64,000 nt of DNA from Octopus vulgaris (lineage: Eukaryota). The stretch is from positions 4,278,001 to 4,342,000 of the forward strand of contig OX597824.1 of NCBI GenBank assembly GCA_951406725.2. The letters run 5' to 3'. The notes below the pieces were generated by a model. It was given only the letters and a program-made list of their open reading frames with translations, was not told the DNA's origin and searched no databases. The stretch's first letter is position 1, and each line of letters begins with the position of its first letter. Of this stretch, positions 39,748-52,992 are shown in pieces. The position numbers and the translations under genes are program-made.

Positions 39748-40039
39748 GGGGTGGTATGTGTCTATATATATATATATCAATTAAAACAGCTAATAACTGT
39801 TTCGTCTCTGTGTGTCTGGCTAAGAAGCCCCTACATTTTCTCAGATGCGTAAACATCACTGAACGATGGGTACTGCTGTTCTGTTGCTTTCTGACAGCTT
39901 AGATATTTTATGAATCTGAGTAAGTGTAAACAGATTCGTTTCACTAGTGTTGTAGTTAGTTATATTCAGTGCCACTAGTTGCGAGTGAATGGGATGCATC
40001 TGATAAGGTTCCTACATTCAGAAATATATATGAATGCAT

Positions 40040-40091
<52 letters not shown>

Positions 40092-40624
40092 GTATATGTA
40101 TGTATGTATGTATAATCTGTAGGTTGTGTGTATGTAAGTGGGAATATGTTAACTTGCATTTCTGAGAATATATATTCTATATATGTGTGTGTGTGTATAC
40201 GTAGACACCATACGAACACATATATGGAACAGGAAAATGTGTGTTGCGCATATGTGCACGTTAATGATATACAAACATCTTGAGTTTATACCAAAGTGAT
40301 TGTCTGGGACAGTTTCTTTTTTCAAATCTTAGCAACAAGTAGCATATAACAATGCACAAACATATAACATATCATTCATGCATCCTCTCTCTCTCTCTTT
40401 CTCTCTCTCTCTCATTCTCTCTCTTTCTCATTCTCTCTCTCTCATTCTCTCTGTCTCACACACACACACACTCAGGCATCTTTCTTATTTTGTATTGGAG
40501 AAATGTTAGTTCAAGCAAAACTCAGGAGCTATTTTCAAATTTTCATTAAAATTTTACAACCCAAAATAACCTGTACATACAAGAATGTAGTCACACATAC
40601 ATATATACAGATATATATACATAC

Positions 40625-40663
<39 letters not shown>

Positions 40664-40811
40664 TATTTTATTTACATCTAACTTTGCAAATAACCTTCTC
40701 TTTCTTGTTAAATTACACGGTAGATTGAGAAAACATTTGTAGAGAGTTTTAGTCATAAATATAAATAATGAACTTAAACATACATATATACGTATGTTCA
40801 CACACACATAC

Positions 40812-40855
<44 letters not shown>

Positions 40856-40974
40856 GATACATATACATACACAAACACATATATTTACAAATCCTTTTTA
40901 AATGAAAAGCATTAAAAATATTATTCATCTCGTAATTAGCAACTAAGGTGTGATGTCTTTTTTATTTATTTATT

Positions 40975-41034
<60 letters not shown>

Positions 41035-41689
41035 GTGAGGAGAAAGAAGATATGTGTAGATAGAATGATATAAGATAGCAACAACACCAACATTTACAAG
41101 AACTATTGGTCCATTATATAAATTATATAATTATATTGTCAAAAACTTAGAAACATAAACAAAATGAAAATGTAATTCACATTTGAGTATGTGCAAGTTT
41201 TTAAGGTGTGTCATGCCAAGTTAAACTGGTAAGATATAGTATGATGGTAATGCTGGTAACATAAACACTACTAACTCTAATAGTAGCTACAAGCTGTATA
41301 CTGTGAGGTAGTCTAATAAGATAGAGAAATGGGAAGATGAGAGCAAAGAGTGAGTGGTTTTTAACTACATGTGCCAATAATGGAAGCGCAGAGGAGGTGG
41401 AAACAGGTTAAGGGATAAGCAGGATGCAGTTAATTATGTGGAAAAGATATAAGTTAGTTTTGTGGAAGAGAGAAGTCACTGGGAAACTATAATATATTCA
41501 GGGGCAGAAAATGGAGAGATTAGAATAATATATGGAGATTAACAAGATTAATACATGTAATAAATCAGGACAGAACTAATAAAAAGAGAATAAATTGATA
41601 CTAGCACATAAAGAACAGGTTAGCTTATTCTTGAACAGTTGGGGGCAACAGGTTTGTTTTCATTTTTATGTATCTGAGATCCTGTGCAG

Positions 41690-42520
41690 GCAAGACAAAC
41701 ATTCAGAAAAGGTAGGAAGGCAAAGAGAATTTCCAAGGTTTCTATAGTACAGAGTTTGCATGGTTTCATGTTACCTGAGCATGAATTTACCCTTTTCAGA
41801 ATTTTCCAGTTTAAGTTGAAAGATGTAGACTTAACTTCCAGTTCCCAAATACATGAAGCTAGTCATCTCTAATTAGGGTTTCTAAATGTATGGTTTGATT
41901 CCAAGCTGATATAAGCCATTGAGGTACGGAGTATCTACCATGGTGCATTGATAGATGGGGCATACATCATGGTTGGGACAGTTGCATTGTCTGCCAGGCC
42001 CATATGCTTGGCATTTGTTAAACTTAAAGATGTTGGAGTTTGCAAAGTTGAGCAAAATACAAGATGGTGGTGTAAAAGATCTTGAAGCTGTTCCTGTTAA
42101 AAGCTGGGTACTGCATTGCATGGTAAAGTGCTTTTTAAGGGGAGTGAAGAATACACAAGCTACTGGGGTTGTTATAGCTAAGCTGTAGTGTTATTTATGT
42201 CAGATGTTTCTGCATCTGTTGCAGTTTGGGGTTTTATGTGGATATCAATGGATGTTAATTCATCCTTACAAATACTTTTAGATAAGGCATCATTACAGTG
42301 TTGTGAAGAATTCTTTGTTCATCAGTTGACAAATGTGAAATCATGGGGAACATGTTTTGACTAAGCTCCTTGCAATGTTCTAAGGTGATTTGTGAACAGA
42401 TGTAGCGAAAGTCTTGATTGTTTTGCAGAAGAAATAATATGTTGAGGTGTAAAGTTACAGGACTGAGAAGGTCCAGTTTCCATGGGGGGGGGGGGGGATA
42501 TACTCTAAGATTCTTGCGAA
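41690..42520 (-). pseudogene. Penelope-like element relic: RT thumb and GIY-YIG endonuclease
   Basis: Minus-strand pieces VTLHLN..NNQDFRYI, ISHLSTDE, RQCNCPNHDVCP/IYQCTMV, HTFRNPN, LASCIWELEVKSTSFNLNWKILKRVNSCSGNMKPCKLCTIETLEIL..LN match the CxC..CP..VYxC and LSxYIWxLK..WxIL..CxLCxxE..LN pattern of PLE endonucleases. Many indels. Confidence 0.8.
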
Positions 42521-42659
42521 AAGAGTACAAAATCTTGTCTAAATCTATCATTTATACACACTTACACACATGTATATATACACAAATAGCAGGTGTATAG
42601 CATTGATATTTACATATATTACATACATATATATCTATATACACATGTGTGTGTGTATA

Positions 42660-43195
42660 GAGGCAATGGCAAAAGACTGAGACCACTGGAGATAAGCTGT
42701 GACTGAGAAGACCCAGCAAATAAAGTGAGTCCACAGCTGTAACCTAAACCAGTTTTGCAGAACCATCCCACTCAAAAGTACTTTGGATTGTAGGGTGACA
42801 TGCCATGCTTGAGGAGACCTACTGATTCAAGTACATCAACATCAAATTCAAATCAAATCACAATCAAATGGAAATTGTAGTTGTGATCCCTGTGCCAGTG
42901 GCACGTAAAAAGCACCATCCGAATGCAGCCGATTACAATGCCGCTTTGACTGACTACCGTGCTGGTGGCACATAAAAAGCACCATCTGATCGTGATCAAT
43001 GCCAGGCCCTCTGGCCCCTGTGCTAGTGGCATGTAAAAAAAGCACCCGCTATACTCACAGAGTGGTTGACATTAGGAAGGGCATCCAGTTGTAGAAACCA
43101 TGCCAGATCAGACTGGAGCCTGGTGCAGCCTCCTGGCTTCCCAGACCCCAGTCGAACCGTCCAACCCATGCTAGCATGGAAAACGGATGATGATA
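42660..43195 (+). mobile_element. SINE family C, long copy
   Basis: Three GTGGCAC(G/A)TAAAAAGCACC-type units, GGAAGGGCATCCAG, and tail CCAACCCATGCTAGCATGGAAAACGGATGATGAT. Confidence 0.9.
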
Positions 43196-43411
43196 TATAT
43201 ACATACATGTGTATATATAGATATATGTGTGTGTGTGTATATATATAGATATGTATACACACACACACCCAAATACATACACACACCCAAATACATACTT
43301 ATAGAAATATAAACACATATGTGTATGTGTAGGTCTGGATGTGTATATGTGTTCATGTATACACACACATATATACACATATACACATGTTTTTGTGTGT
43401 ATGTGTTATCC

Positions 43412-43620
43412 TCATCAGCATCATCTCAACCCCTTTCCATGTGGACATAGGGTGGACATAGGGTGACTGTATCCAGTGGGTCTTACTCCAGACCAGGTCT
43501 TGCTCCAGTGTCTCAGGTTTGGCATGGTTTCTACAGCTGGATGCTCCATTAGAGAGTGTAATGTGTGCTTTTCTTTCATGGCATCAGCATCAGTGAGATT
43601 GCGTAGTAAGTTGCAAACCT
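43412..43620 (-). mobile_element. SINE family C, diverged
   Basis: TTTCCATG..GGCATGGTTTCTACAGCTGGATGC..GAGTGTAATGTGTGCTTTT. Confidence 0.65.
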
Positions 43621-43844
43621 AAAAAGGGCTCCCTCAAAGAATAGGAGGTTGGGAGTTCACCTTATGCAAAGTAAAGTATGATGATAGGAGCAATAACAGG
43701 TTTGTTTTCGTGGCTACCTTGCATTTTACATGGGCAGCCAAGGATGGCTGGTCTTGTAGTAGAAGGTGCCAAAGAGAGGGAGATGAGAAAATGTTGAGGT
43801 AACAGAGAGAAAAAGCAAGGCAAAATAGAGAGGGAGCAGAGGAT

Positions 43845-43912
43845 TTGTCATCTCATTTTGTCAGGTTCAACATCTTCAGATAGGTTTTCATCACTTGGTC
43901 TGATGTCTCTGA
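43845..43912 (-). mobile_element. RTE LINE C-terminal fragment
   Basis: Minus-strand TSDQVMKTYLKMLNLTK..MT resembles the TWxxVxKxDLxxLxL..EMT terminus of RTE ORFs. Confidence 0.45.
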
Positions 43913-44302
43913 AGGTCTTTACTCCACAAGCAGTGGCAGACTGACCAGGTTGCCAGCTTCCCCAAAGGCAAGTGTGCCCCTGTGCCATTAGAATCCATAT
44001 ATGGGGGCCCATGTTAGTATCTAAGGGGCCCATCTCCTCAATTTTGAGAATTTTTTATTGACTCCTGGAAGAATGCATTAATTATTTCAGCCTGGATGTG
44101 TCTGTAGGCAGTTGAAAAGAATACTTTTAACAAAAAAAAAATTAAATGACAGCATTGTAGTTGCAGGTGGGCCCCTCTTGTAGTTGCGGGTGGGCCCCCT
44201 TAGTCTCCTGGCAAACAAATATTTTTAGACCTAGCTCACCATTGTCCACAAGTATTGTTCATTTTGAGAACTCAGCCCTTCTTTGGCATTACACACACAT
44301 AT

Positions 44303-44420
44303 CCTTTCTACTTTTGGACAAGGCCTGAAATTTTATGGGGTGAGGAGTGATCAGTTACATGGGTCCCATTGTTGAACTGGTACTTATTTCATCAGCCCCA
44401 AACAGATGAAAGACACAGCT
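44303..44420 (-). mobile_element. SINE family D 3' part
   Basis: CCTTTCTACT..ACAAGGCCTGAAATTT..AACTGGTACTTATTTCATC..GATGAAAG. Confidence 0.7.
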
Positions 44421-44429
44421 TATCTCTCA

Positions 44430-44636
44430 AACCATTGATTCTCTGTTCTTCACTCTGACATTACGCATTCTGTAAAGCATGCTCTGTCTTTCTTTCTAAT
44501 CTTCACAAATCTTCTGCATTTAATGCCCATGTCTCATTATCATGTAGCATTGCACATCATACGCAAGTATCATATAATCTATCCTTCAATCTGAGGGAGA
44601 AGCCTTGGGTCACCTTGGCAACAGAAGCTGTTAACT
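44430..44636 (-). mobile_element. RTE LINE post-RT fragment
   Basis: Minus-strand GFSLRLKDRLYDTCV*CAMLHDNETWALNAEDL*RLER..SMLYRMRNV matches the RTE motif KGRLYxxCVRxxMLxGSETW..RLERxE..MLRWM. Confidence 0.8.
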
Positions 44637-44751
44637 ACTTTGACTGGAACTAATCCCATTTTGCTTTTCTCTCATTTGCTCTTTGCAGCACACACACACA
44701 CACACACACCACATGCACACATACACACATATAAACACACACATACGAATA

Positions 44752-44823
<72 letters not shown>

Positions 44824-44918
44824 TACATACATATCGCACATCTATTTTCTTTCCTCCACCTCACTCTCTATTTTGTATCTTATCTAAATTAACTATTTCT
44901 TAACCATCCTCTCACACT

Positions 44919-44966
44919 GTCTCCGATGAAGGGATATAACAAAGATCCTGGAAACAGCTGTAAGGC
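44919..44966 (+). ncRNA. Minimal type I hammerhead ribozyme, core variant
   Basis: GUCU-CCGAUGA-A-GGGAU(auaacaaag)AUCCU-G-GAAAC-AGCU-GUA-AGGC. Palindromic stem III ACAGCUGU and a GUA triplet; core has CCGAUGA instead of CUGAUGA. Confidence 0.7.
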
Positions 44967-45248
44967 CTTCTATCTATAAATGTTCTCAAATTTATCTCAT
45001 TACGTATCTCATTACGAAAAAAAAATCTTTATATATAAACACACACATGCTTCAGTGGACAATAAAACTGCAGGCTTTGCCTAAAAGCAAAATGTTTAAG
45101 AAATTTAAACAGTCAAAATTATCAGTTAATTAAAAATATTTAATTGCCATCAACAGACAAAAATTCCTCTTAGGCCACTTCCCTATGCCTGAAAATTCAA
45201 GACACAGTCATCAGATCTAACAAATGCCACAGAATAGTTGTTTCTATA

Positions 45249-45612
45249 TTCTTTTATTTGTTTCAGTCCTTTGACTGTGGCCATGCTAGAGCACAACCTT
45301 TAGTCAAACAAATCGACCCCAGGACTTATTCTTTGTAAACCTAATACTTATTCTATCTGTTTCTTTTGCCAAACTGCTAAGTTATGGGGACATGAACACA
45401 CCAACATCAGTTGTCAAGTAATGAGGGGACAAACACAGACACACATACACGATGGGCTTCCTTCAATTTCCATCTACCAAATCTACTCACAAGGCTTTGG
45501 TCAGCCCAAGGCTATAGTAGAAGACATGTGCCCAACGTGCAACACAGTGGGACTGAACCCAGAACCATATGGTTGGTAAGCAAGCTACTTACCACACAGC
45601 CACTCCTGCACC
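45249..45612 (-). mobile_element. SINE family A, full length
   Basis: Reverse complement of 46669-47142 without the internal microsatellite. Confidence 0.92.
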
Positions 45613-45840
45613 TATACACTTGTTCCTAGTTTGGCCTGCCTTACACTGCAGCAGCAGTCCAGCCAGTAATTTTGATTGGTCATAAATCTAAGCATTTGAC
45701 CCCAACTTGGAAAATAAGAATTTGTCTCAAGAGAGGGCAGTGAATGCAGCTTCAGTGCTTCACCAAATGTTGTGCCTGACTGACTGTACATGATTTATAT
45801 GCCTGGAACTTGAAGAAGTTGTGGAGAGCTTTGCTGATAC

Positions 45841-45872
<32 letters not shown>

Positions 45873-46668
45873 GTGTAAGTATGAGCATAGTGAGTGTGTG
45901 TGTGTCAGTTGTGTATGTGTGCGTGTGTTGTGTGAGTCAGTGTGTGTGAGTTTGTGTGTGTGTGTTGTTGTTGTTGTTGTTGTATTAGAGGTATAGTCCA
46001 ACCAAATCACTGACCCCTGCCACATACCTACATGCACCACCCTGCCCAACTCACATGTATGTATGTGTGCGGGTGTGTAACTACCAAAAGGTGAACTTTT
46101 GGGGGGATCAACTGCAGGAACTGAGATTTTAGAAATTCTATAAGTATTTCAAGTCTTTGAAATCTTCAATGGACAAAGGTTTTCAGCAATCAACAAAATC
46201 ATTTTGGAAAAAAAAATGATTCAACAAAGATTAACATCTGTTCATTTAATTGGATAACATATTGAAAGTTGAAACCGTTTGTCAATAATTACTTGAATGT
46301 GTTCAGCAATGCACAATTGAGAATTGTTGTAACAAAACAAAACATATTTTACGTGACATTTTTAAAGTAAATAAATTCTATTATTCTCAGTTCTTTGGGA
46401 AAATTCATTTTGTGTATAGATGTGGAGAGGTAAGATAGGATTTTTATATAATTTTAGTAGAGTTTTGGACAATTTGTTGGAACAAATTCTATTATTTGAG
46501 GTGTCAGAACAGGTTCCTGGTGCCAGATATGTAGACTAGTAAAATGTCACTTGGTATACCAATTTTATGTGCATACCCTGGAGTGTACACCAGCCCCAGA
46601 GCTGTAACTCTTGTCCTTTTCGTGTGTTGAAAGATAGACTAATAGATAGATGGATGGATAAATAGATA

Positions 46669-46835
46669 GGTGCAGGAGTGGCTGTGTGGTAAGTAGCCTG
46701 CTTCCCAACTACATGGTTCCGGGTTCAATCCCACTGCATGACACCTTGGGCAAGTATATTCTACTATAGCTTCAGGCCAACCAAAGCCTTGTGAGTGGAT
46801 TTGGTAGACTGAAACTGAAAGAAGCCCATTGTGTG

Positions 46836-46888
<53 letters not shown>

Positions 46889-47142
46889 ATATATATATGT
46901 GAGTGTGTGTGTGTGTGTGTGCACACGTCTATATTTGTGTGTCTGTGTTTGTCCTTCCACCATCACTTGACAACTGATGTTGGTGTGTTTATGTCCCCAT
47001 AACTTTGCAGTTTGGCAAAGGAGACTGATAGAATTAGTACTAGGCTTACAAAGAATAAGTCCTGGGGTCAATTTGTTCAACTAAAGGCAGTGCCCCAGCA
47101 TGGCTGCAGTCATATGACTGAAATAAGTAAAAGAGTAAAAGA
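46669..47142 (+). mobile_element. SINE family A, full length
   Basis: A box TGGCTGTGTGG and B box GGTTCAATCCC, core, internal (TA)(TG)n, tail ending GAAATAAGTAAAAGAGTAAAAGA. Confidence 0.92.
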
Positions 47143-47308
47143 GATAGATAGATACAGAGACAAAGTGAGAGATAGGGGGAGAAAGAGGGAGAAGGAGTGG
47201 GGGAGAGAGATTTGTAGCTGAGGCTGAGGATTCATAAGGCTTGAATGAATTCCCTCTCCTCTTCAATTCCTTGTCTGTATGATTTTAATTAATATCTATT
47301 TTAATTCT

Positions 47309-47545
47309 TAAGGCAGCAAACTGGCAGAATGGTTAGCATGTAGGACAGAATGGTTAGCATGCAGGGCAGAATGCTTAGCAGCATTTTGTCTATCTTTACA
47401 TTCGCAATTCAAAATCTGCTGAGGTCAGTCTTACTTTTCTTTCTATCAGGGTTGATAAAATAGGTACCAGTTGGCTACTGGGGTCAATGTAATCGGCTTA
47501 ACCCCTCCCACCGAAATTGCAAGCCTTGTGCTAAAATTTGAAGCC
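47309..47545 (+). mobile_element. SINE family D with duplicated head segment
   Basis: CAGAATGGTTAGCATG repeated; core GGGTTGATAAAATAGGTACCAG. Confidence 0.85.
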
Positions 47546-47743
47546 AATATTTCTTTTAATTTTATTTTCCACAGAATCAGTAGCTGACGATGAATCCATT
47601 TTATAATCAAGAACCCCCAACACCCAACTCAGAAACCTGTCTCTGCTATGGAATAGATGGATGCATGGCTGGATAGACGGACAGAGTGAGAGTCAAAAAG
47701 ACAAACAGACAGACAGAGGGGTAGGTAAATGCGTACTTACTAT

Positions 47744-48085
47744 TGCTTGCTTGTGGTTGTTCATCAAATCCCAGTGATAACCATCTTCTCCTTCCTTTGT
47801 GGATCCTTTCAAGATTGTACATCCCAATCCTTGATAAGGCACTTTGATTGCAGGTGGGACAAGTAAACCTTTGGCCAGAGGGACCAGGGATTAACTTTCT
47901 GGTTTCTTCTGTTAGTACTCAAGTGTTTCTCCTCCCCTTCAGCAGAAAAACTGTTGATCTATGCAGTGGACATCTTCCATTCTTGAAGGACTCACATTGT
48001 TCCTCTTTGAAATGGTCTTCAGTTGGTCAGTTGAGTTACTTCCTTCATCCTCCAGCTTAGTGCTGTAGAGGGCCAGAGAGGATCC
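47744..48085 (-). mobile_element. RTE-clade LINE 3' end with decayed C2H2 finger
   Basis: Minus-strand DQLKTI.. and FTCPTCNQSALSRIGMYNLERIH (cf. FxCxxCxRxxxSRIGLxSHxRxH), ending in a CAAGCAAGCAA tail. Confidence 0.75.
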
Positions 48086-48960
48086 TAGAGGTGAGATGCA
48101 AGGTACACATTAGAATGTATATGCATAAATAGGGGTCTGTGTACTAATGAGTCTCACTGCTACCTTCCTATCTGTCTGTCTGTGTGTCTGCCTGCCTACC
48201 TACCTACCGATCTATCTGTCTGTCTGTCTATCAGTCTGTCTATCTGTCTGTCTGTGTGTCTACCTATCTACCTGTCTGTCTGTCTAGCTATATATGTATG
48301 TATGTATCTATCTATCTATCTATCTATCTACCTATCTATCTATCTATCTATCTAGTAGTCTCTCTGTCTGTCTATCTATCTTTATACACACACATGTATG
48401 TATATAAAATAATACATATACTTTGGTGTGGGGAGGGGATGTACACATAAACATACACATTTTTATTTTAAGTTTATAAAAGACATGATATCTAAATAAC
48501 AAAATATGTACATGGATAAAAAAAAGCATAAAAACAGTATAACTTTTGTATTGTTTTATGTGTTTTGTAATTTGAATATTGTATCATACATAAATGTACA
48601 ATAAAAATTGTTAAGTATTGTTCTAGTAGCAAAATAGTAATAATAATAACAACAACGATCATAATAATAATAATAATAATAATAATTCAATAATGCAACC
48701 TAAAGAAAACAGCCCACAAATACAGGACCCACTCTATACAGCATTTATCCAATGAAATAAACTCCCACACTCAATACAAGCAGTAACACAGCAAAAGAGA
48801 GCACCACACCTCAAGGGGGAAAAAAACTAACACAATACAGTACCAGGAAGAGTTTGCACACTCCCAAGAACACACAATGCTGTACACACCCCTGCAACAC
48901 GGTGGTGTAGCAGGTGATGCAGTAGAAATTTGCCTCAGTCTACCAAATATTGAACAGTTG

Positions 48961-49004
<44 letters not shown>

Positions 49005-49006
<2 letters not shown>

Positions 49007-49209
49007 GTTTCAAATTTTGCCACAAGGGCAGCCATTTTGAGGGAGGGGATGAGTCGATTACATCAACCCCAGTGTTTCAATGGTACTTAATTTATCGACC
49101 CTGAAAGGATGAAAGGCAAAGTTGACCTCAGCAAAACTTGAGCTCAGAATGTAAAGATGGACAAAACACTGCTATGCATTTCACTCGGTGTGCCAACGAT
49201 TCTGCCAGT
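49005..49209 (-). mobile_element. SINE family D
   Basis: TGGTACTTAATTTATCGACCCTGAAAGGATGAAAGGCAAAG, flanked by (TAA)n. Confidence 0.88.
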
Positions 49210-49269
49210 AATAATAATAATAAGAAGAAGAAGAATTATTGTTATCATTATTATTAACATTGAGCTCTG

Positions 49270-49597
49270 TTGGTTGGCAGAATTGTTACTACATCAGATT
49301 GTCTTGCAGTATTTTCCCAGATCTTAGTGTGAGTTCAAACTAGCAAGTACTGGGGTTAATGATATTGACTAACCCCCTGTCCTTAAAGTAAGGGCCTTGT
49401 ACCTGAACCAGAAACCACTATTTATTGTGGTATTTGTTTCACCCCTCCGCATTCTTAGATCAAACTCCTAATGAGGTCAGCTTTGCCTTTCATACTCCTG
49501 AGGTCAATAAAAAAAGTACCAGTCAAATATTGGGGTTGATGTAATTGGCCTGCACCCGATCCTCAAAAGTGTTGGCCTTGTGCCAAAATTAGAAAGA
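49270..49597 (+). mobile_element. Two partial SINE family D copies
   Basis: TGGCAGAATTGTTA..GAGTTCAAA; CTTTGCCTTTCAT..AAGTACCAGTC..GGCCTTGTGCCAAAA. Confidence 0.7.
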
Positions 49598-49849
49598 CCT
49601 ACTACTACTACTACTTTTACTACTACCATAATTATCATCACTAAAACTGATACACATTTTAGTTGGAACCACATCCTATTCCTAATGTTCTTCAGGAAAA
49701 CAAAACTCCATTATTTTTCTTTAAATCTATGACTTCCTCCATGAAGAATTATTCTGAACAATAATAAAAATGATGATATTATCATCAGCATCATCGTCAA
49801 TGGTAATGATGATGATGATGATGATGATGATGTAAAGGAATTTAAGATC

Positions 49850-50940
49850 GCAAAGATTGAGGCATAACCAAATGAAAGAGAAGACCTCACTGTGAAAATA
49901 AAACAAAGAAAAGCACAAACCAAATGATATGGAATATCAGAGCTGTTTAATAGATGGAAAAAGGTAAGACATTGCGTGACAAATACTCAATAAGGGCCAG
50001 AAAGCCTGATGTTGATATAAATATGAGCCGTCACTGATAGGCTACATCAGTGATTTATATGTGCAACAGGGGGCTTCGTTACTGTAGCTTAAGATCAGTG
50101 TCTGCACATGAGAAATTACTCAAAAAAGCCAGCATTCTTTATAACGGTGCTGATCCTAGCTCCTGCTTTTGTGGTTCAACCAGAGAAACGATTGAGCATC
50201 TCATCTCTGGCTGCTCTATGCTAGTTTCAAATATACTGATTGCCGTGATAGTCTTGGTCAGTATTGGCACAGGGTCATAATCAACTTGGACTCCTATATA
50301 AGAAGAACTGGTGGGAACGCAGGCCTGCCAAAGTAGTAGAAAATAAAGACACCACCATTCCTTGGGAACGTAGTTTTTAAACTGGTTGAGGTTTTCAGGC
50401 TAATGGATATATTGGGGAGAAAAATCCATTGATAAAACGATTACTCATAGACATGTCAATCCCAGAAGACTGCAACACATCTGTGAAAACATTTGAATTG
50501 GAAAGTTAAGTAAATATAAGGAGCTTGAAATGACATTTTCAAAAATGTGGCATCAAAGAATGACAGTGGTCATTGGGAGCTTTGGGGACAATACCAAATG
50601 ACATTCTTAAACCCAACGGTCAAAATACTAGGAAGCACAAAGTAGCAGAACTACAAAAAATTGTCCTCGTAAGTTCCACCCTCACCATAAGAAAGACATT
50701 GTCAACCTGAGTGAATATCTGAATCTTTTGAACCCTTTCAAAATAGCAAATATTACAACAAACTCCTAATGAAATCATAATTCTCAGTATTTGGTCTCCT
50801 TTTCTTGCAGTGTATCAGAGTTACTCATAAATAACACCCGTAATAAACCACCCGACTTGCTGTTACTGGAGATCTCTGGGTGAGACTTGGAACAGCTCAT
50901 TTAAAACAAGGTAACAGCAACGAAAGTAAAAAAAAAAAAA
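49850..50940 (+). mobile_element. R4/Dong-like RLE non-LTR retrotransposon 3' relic
   Basis: Broken frames give CFCGSTRETIEHLISGCSML (CCHC knuckle), WWERRPAKVVENKDTTIPW, LLIDMSIPED, KLSKYKEL, VVIG-ALGTIP, ELQKIVL..IRKTLST*. A 3' UTR ends in an A tract at ~50927-50941. Confidence 0.85.
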
Positions 50941-51032
50941 AGAAATAACTAGTGTTTAGCAAGATTCTAAAATCAAAACTTGGCAGAGATAAACTTGCCT
51001 TTCCAGCTCTCTGGAATTAATAAAAGACATAC

Positions 51033-51185
51033 CAGCCATGACTCTGTGGTTAAGAAGTTCGCTTCACAGCCATGTGATTTTAGATTATATTCCACCTGCA
51101 GAGCTTTGGACAACAAAATTCTATTGATGCTTTGAATGGGTCAATGGTATTGTAAGTGGCAGTTGGTAGATGGAAGCAGTGCAAG
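51033..51185 (+). mobile_element. Diverged SINE family A head
   Basis: CATGACTCTGTGGTTAAGAAGTTCGCTTC..TTGTAAGTGG..TTGGTAGATGGAA. Confidence 0.6.
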
Positions 51186-51392
51186 AATCGGTCTTGCACC
51201 CCACTCATACCTTTCACCATCACTTTATATATTGGCTGAAATTGGTCAGTTTAACAGTGAAGCAGGCAGCAGGACCACAGCCTGTGGCAATGTTTCTAGT
51301 TTGGTAGGGTTTCTATGGCCAAATGCTTTACCTAATGCCAACCACTTTACAGAGTGTATTAAGTTCTATCACACACACATGCACATACATAC

Positions 51393-51423
<31 letters not shown>

Positions 51424-52329
51424 TGTATGTCATTATTCAGTTTATTTCAAGATTTCTTGCCAGTAAAGAAAGAACCAGTTTCCAACCTAGATCCAAGGCT
51501 CCATCGTTGGAATTTCAACATCAACAACAGGACACTCCTGTTTGTATGCATGTATGTATGTATGTGTGTATGTCTGCAGATTTGTATGTTTTGTTTTATG
51601 TGTGTATTCTCATGCATATAGTTGCATATCTAGACATACACACATATATATATAAATAATAAGCTTCTGGTAAGTTTTACAGATTTTTACAGTTCCAGTG
51701 ATGGATTGGATCTGCAGTCTTCGAATTAGCTTTCTCTTCTCTGATTTTGAGAAGCCTAATTTCTGAAGATTGGTATTTAGGCAGTATGTTATATAGCCCC
51801 AATAATTACAGAAATAAACCTGCTATGTATGTATGTGTGTGTGCGCGCGTGCGTGTTTGTGTGTGCATGCATGCATATATGTTTGCCTGTGTGTGTATAT
51901 AACAGGTGACATAAATAACTTTGGAGTAATCCTACTCCAGTAACAATTTTGCAATTTCTCAATTTCTTTCTTTCTTTTTTTTCCCCCAGATGTTATTTCT
52001 AAAGAAATCCAAGACGGAACAACACCTAATTCAACTCTGCCAGTTGGAGTATATTTTACTGTTTTATAATATTCTCCTGTTGCACAGAGTCTTTGTTATG
52101 AAATCATTAAAAAGAAACTAGTAACGTTAGATGTGTTTGTGTGTGTATGTGCAGATCAATAAATAAATTCATCCGACTCACACACACACACACACACACA
52201 CACATGCATAATGCATTTAAGTTTCTGTTTTGTTTGATTCTTTGTTATTCTGTATATGTGTTCGATGCGTAAACATTGGTGACAAATCCAAAAGACTCCT
52301 GGATGGGATTTTTCCGTCCCCCACAGAAT

Positions 52330-52462
52330 TAATCCATGGCTACTGCTGAAGTATTAAGAAATGAAGTGCATTAGTCAAGGATTCAATCATAGGTCCAGTG
52401 TGGGAATTGAACCTATGCCTTATGGTCAAGAAACCAGCACCTTAAATACTGGGCCACATGCC
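52330..52462 (-). mobile_element. tRNA-derived SINE head
   Basis: Minus strand GGCATGTGGCCCAGTATTTAAGGTGCTGG..GGTTCAATTCCCAC..TCCTTGACTAATGCACTTCATTTC. Confidence 0.6.
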
Positions 52463-52687
52463 ACCCATTTACACACACACACACACACACACAAACACCT
52501 TTCTTATTCAGAGTCAGGTGTAATTGCCAACAGCATTTATTTACTGTTTCTCAAAGGCAACAGATCAGGGATTTATCTTGCATTTACTTCAGTTTTGCTG
52601 TCTACATTCATGCCACTGGCCACCCTGAGCTCTTTCTCTCACCTCGTTTTCATTTCTCACACATGTATGTGTGTGTATGTATGTATG

Positions 52688-52727
<40 letters not shown>

Positions 52728-52948
52728 AATTGAGATAGGGTTTGTAAATGCAACCCTCTATGGGATAATATATATCCAATATACTGCTAGTGAGGTACCC
52801 AACAAAGTTAATACATAAATGTTAATGATTGTGATGCAATCAATTCATTTACTGTATTATATGGGCAAAGGTAAAATGATTTACCACAAATTACTAATAC
52901 AAGATAAGAAAAGATTTGATTTAGATGTATTTCTCCATTTTCTTATCT

Positions 52949-52992
<44 letters not shown>

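Noticed and set aside
46140-46330. hAT dimerisation-domain relic (KGF/SAINKII)
   Set aside because: Needs a frameshift within a very short match, and no TIRs were found.
46669-46745. tRNA genes
   Set aside because: The A/B boxes belong to SINE heads; there is no full cloverleaf and each continues into a SINE body.
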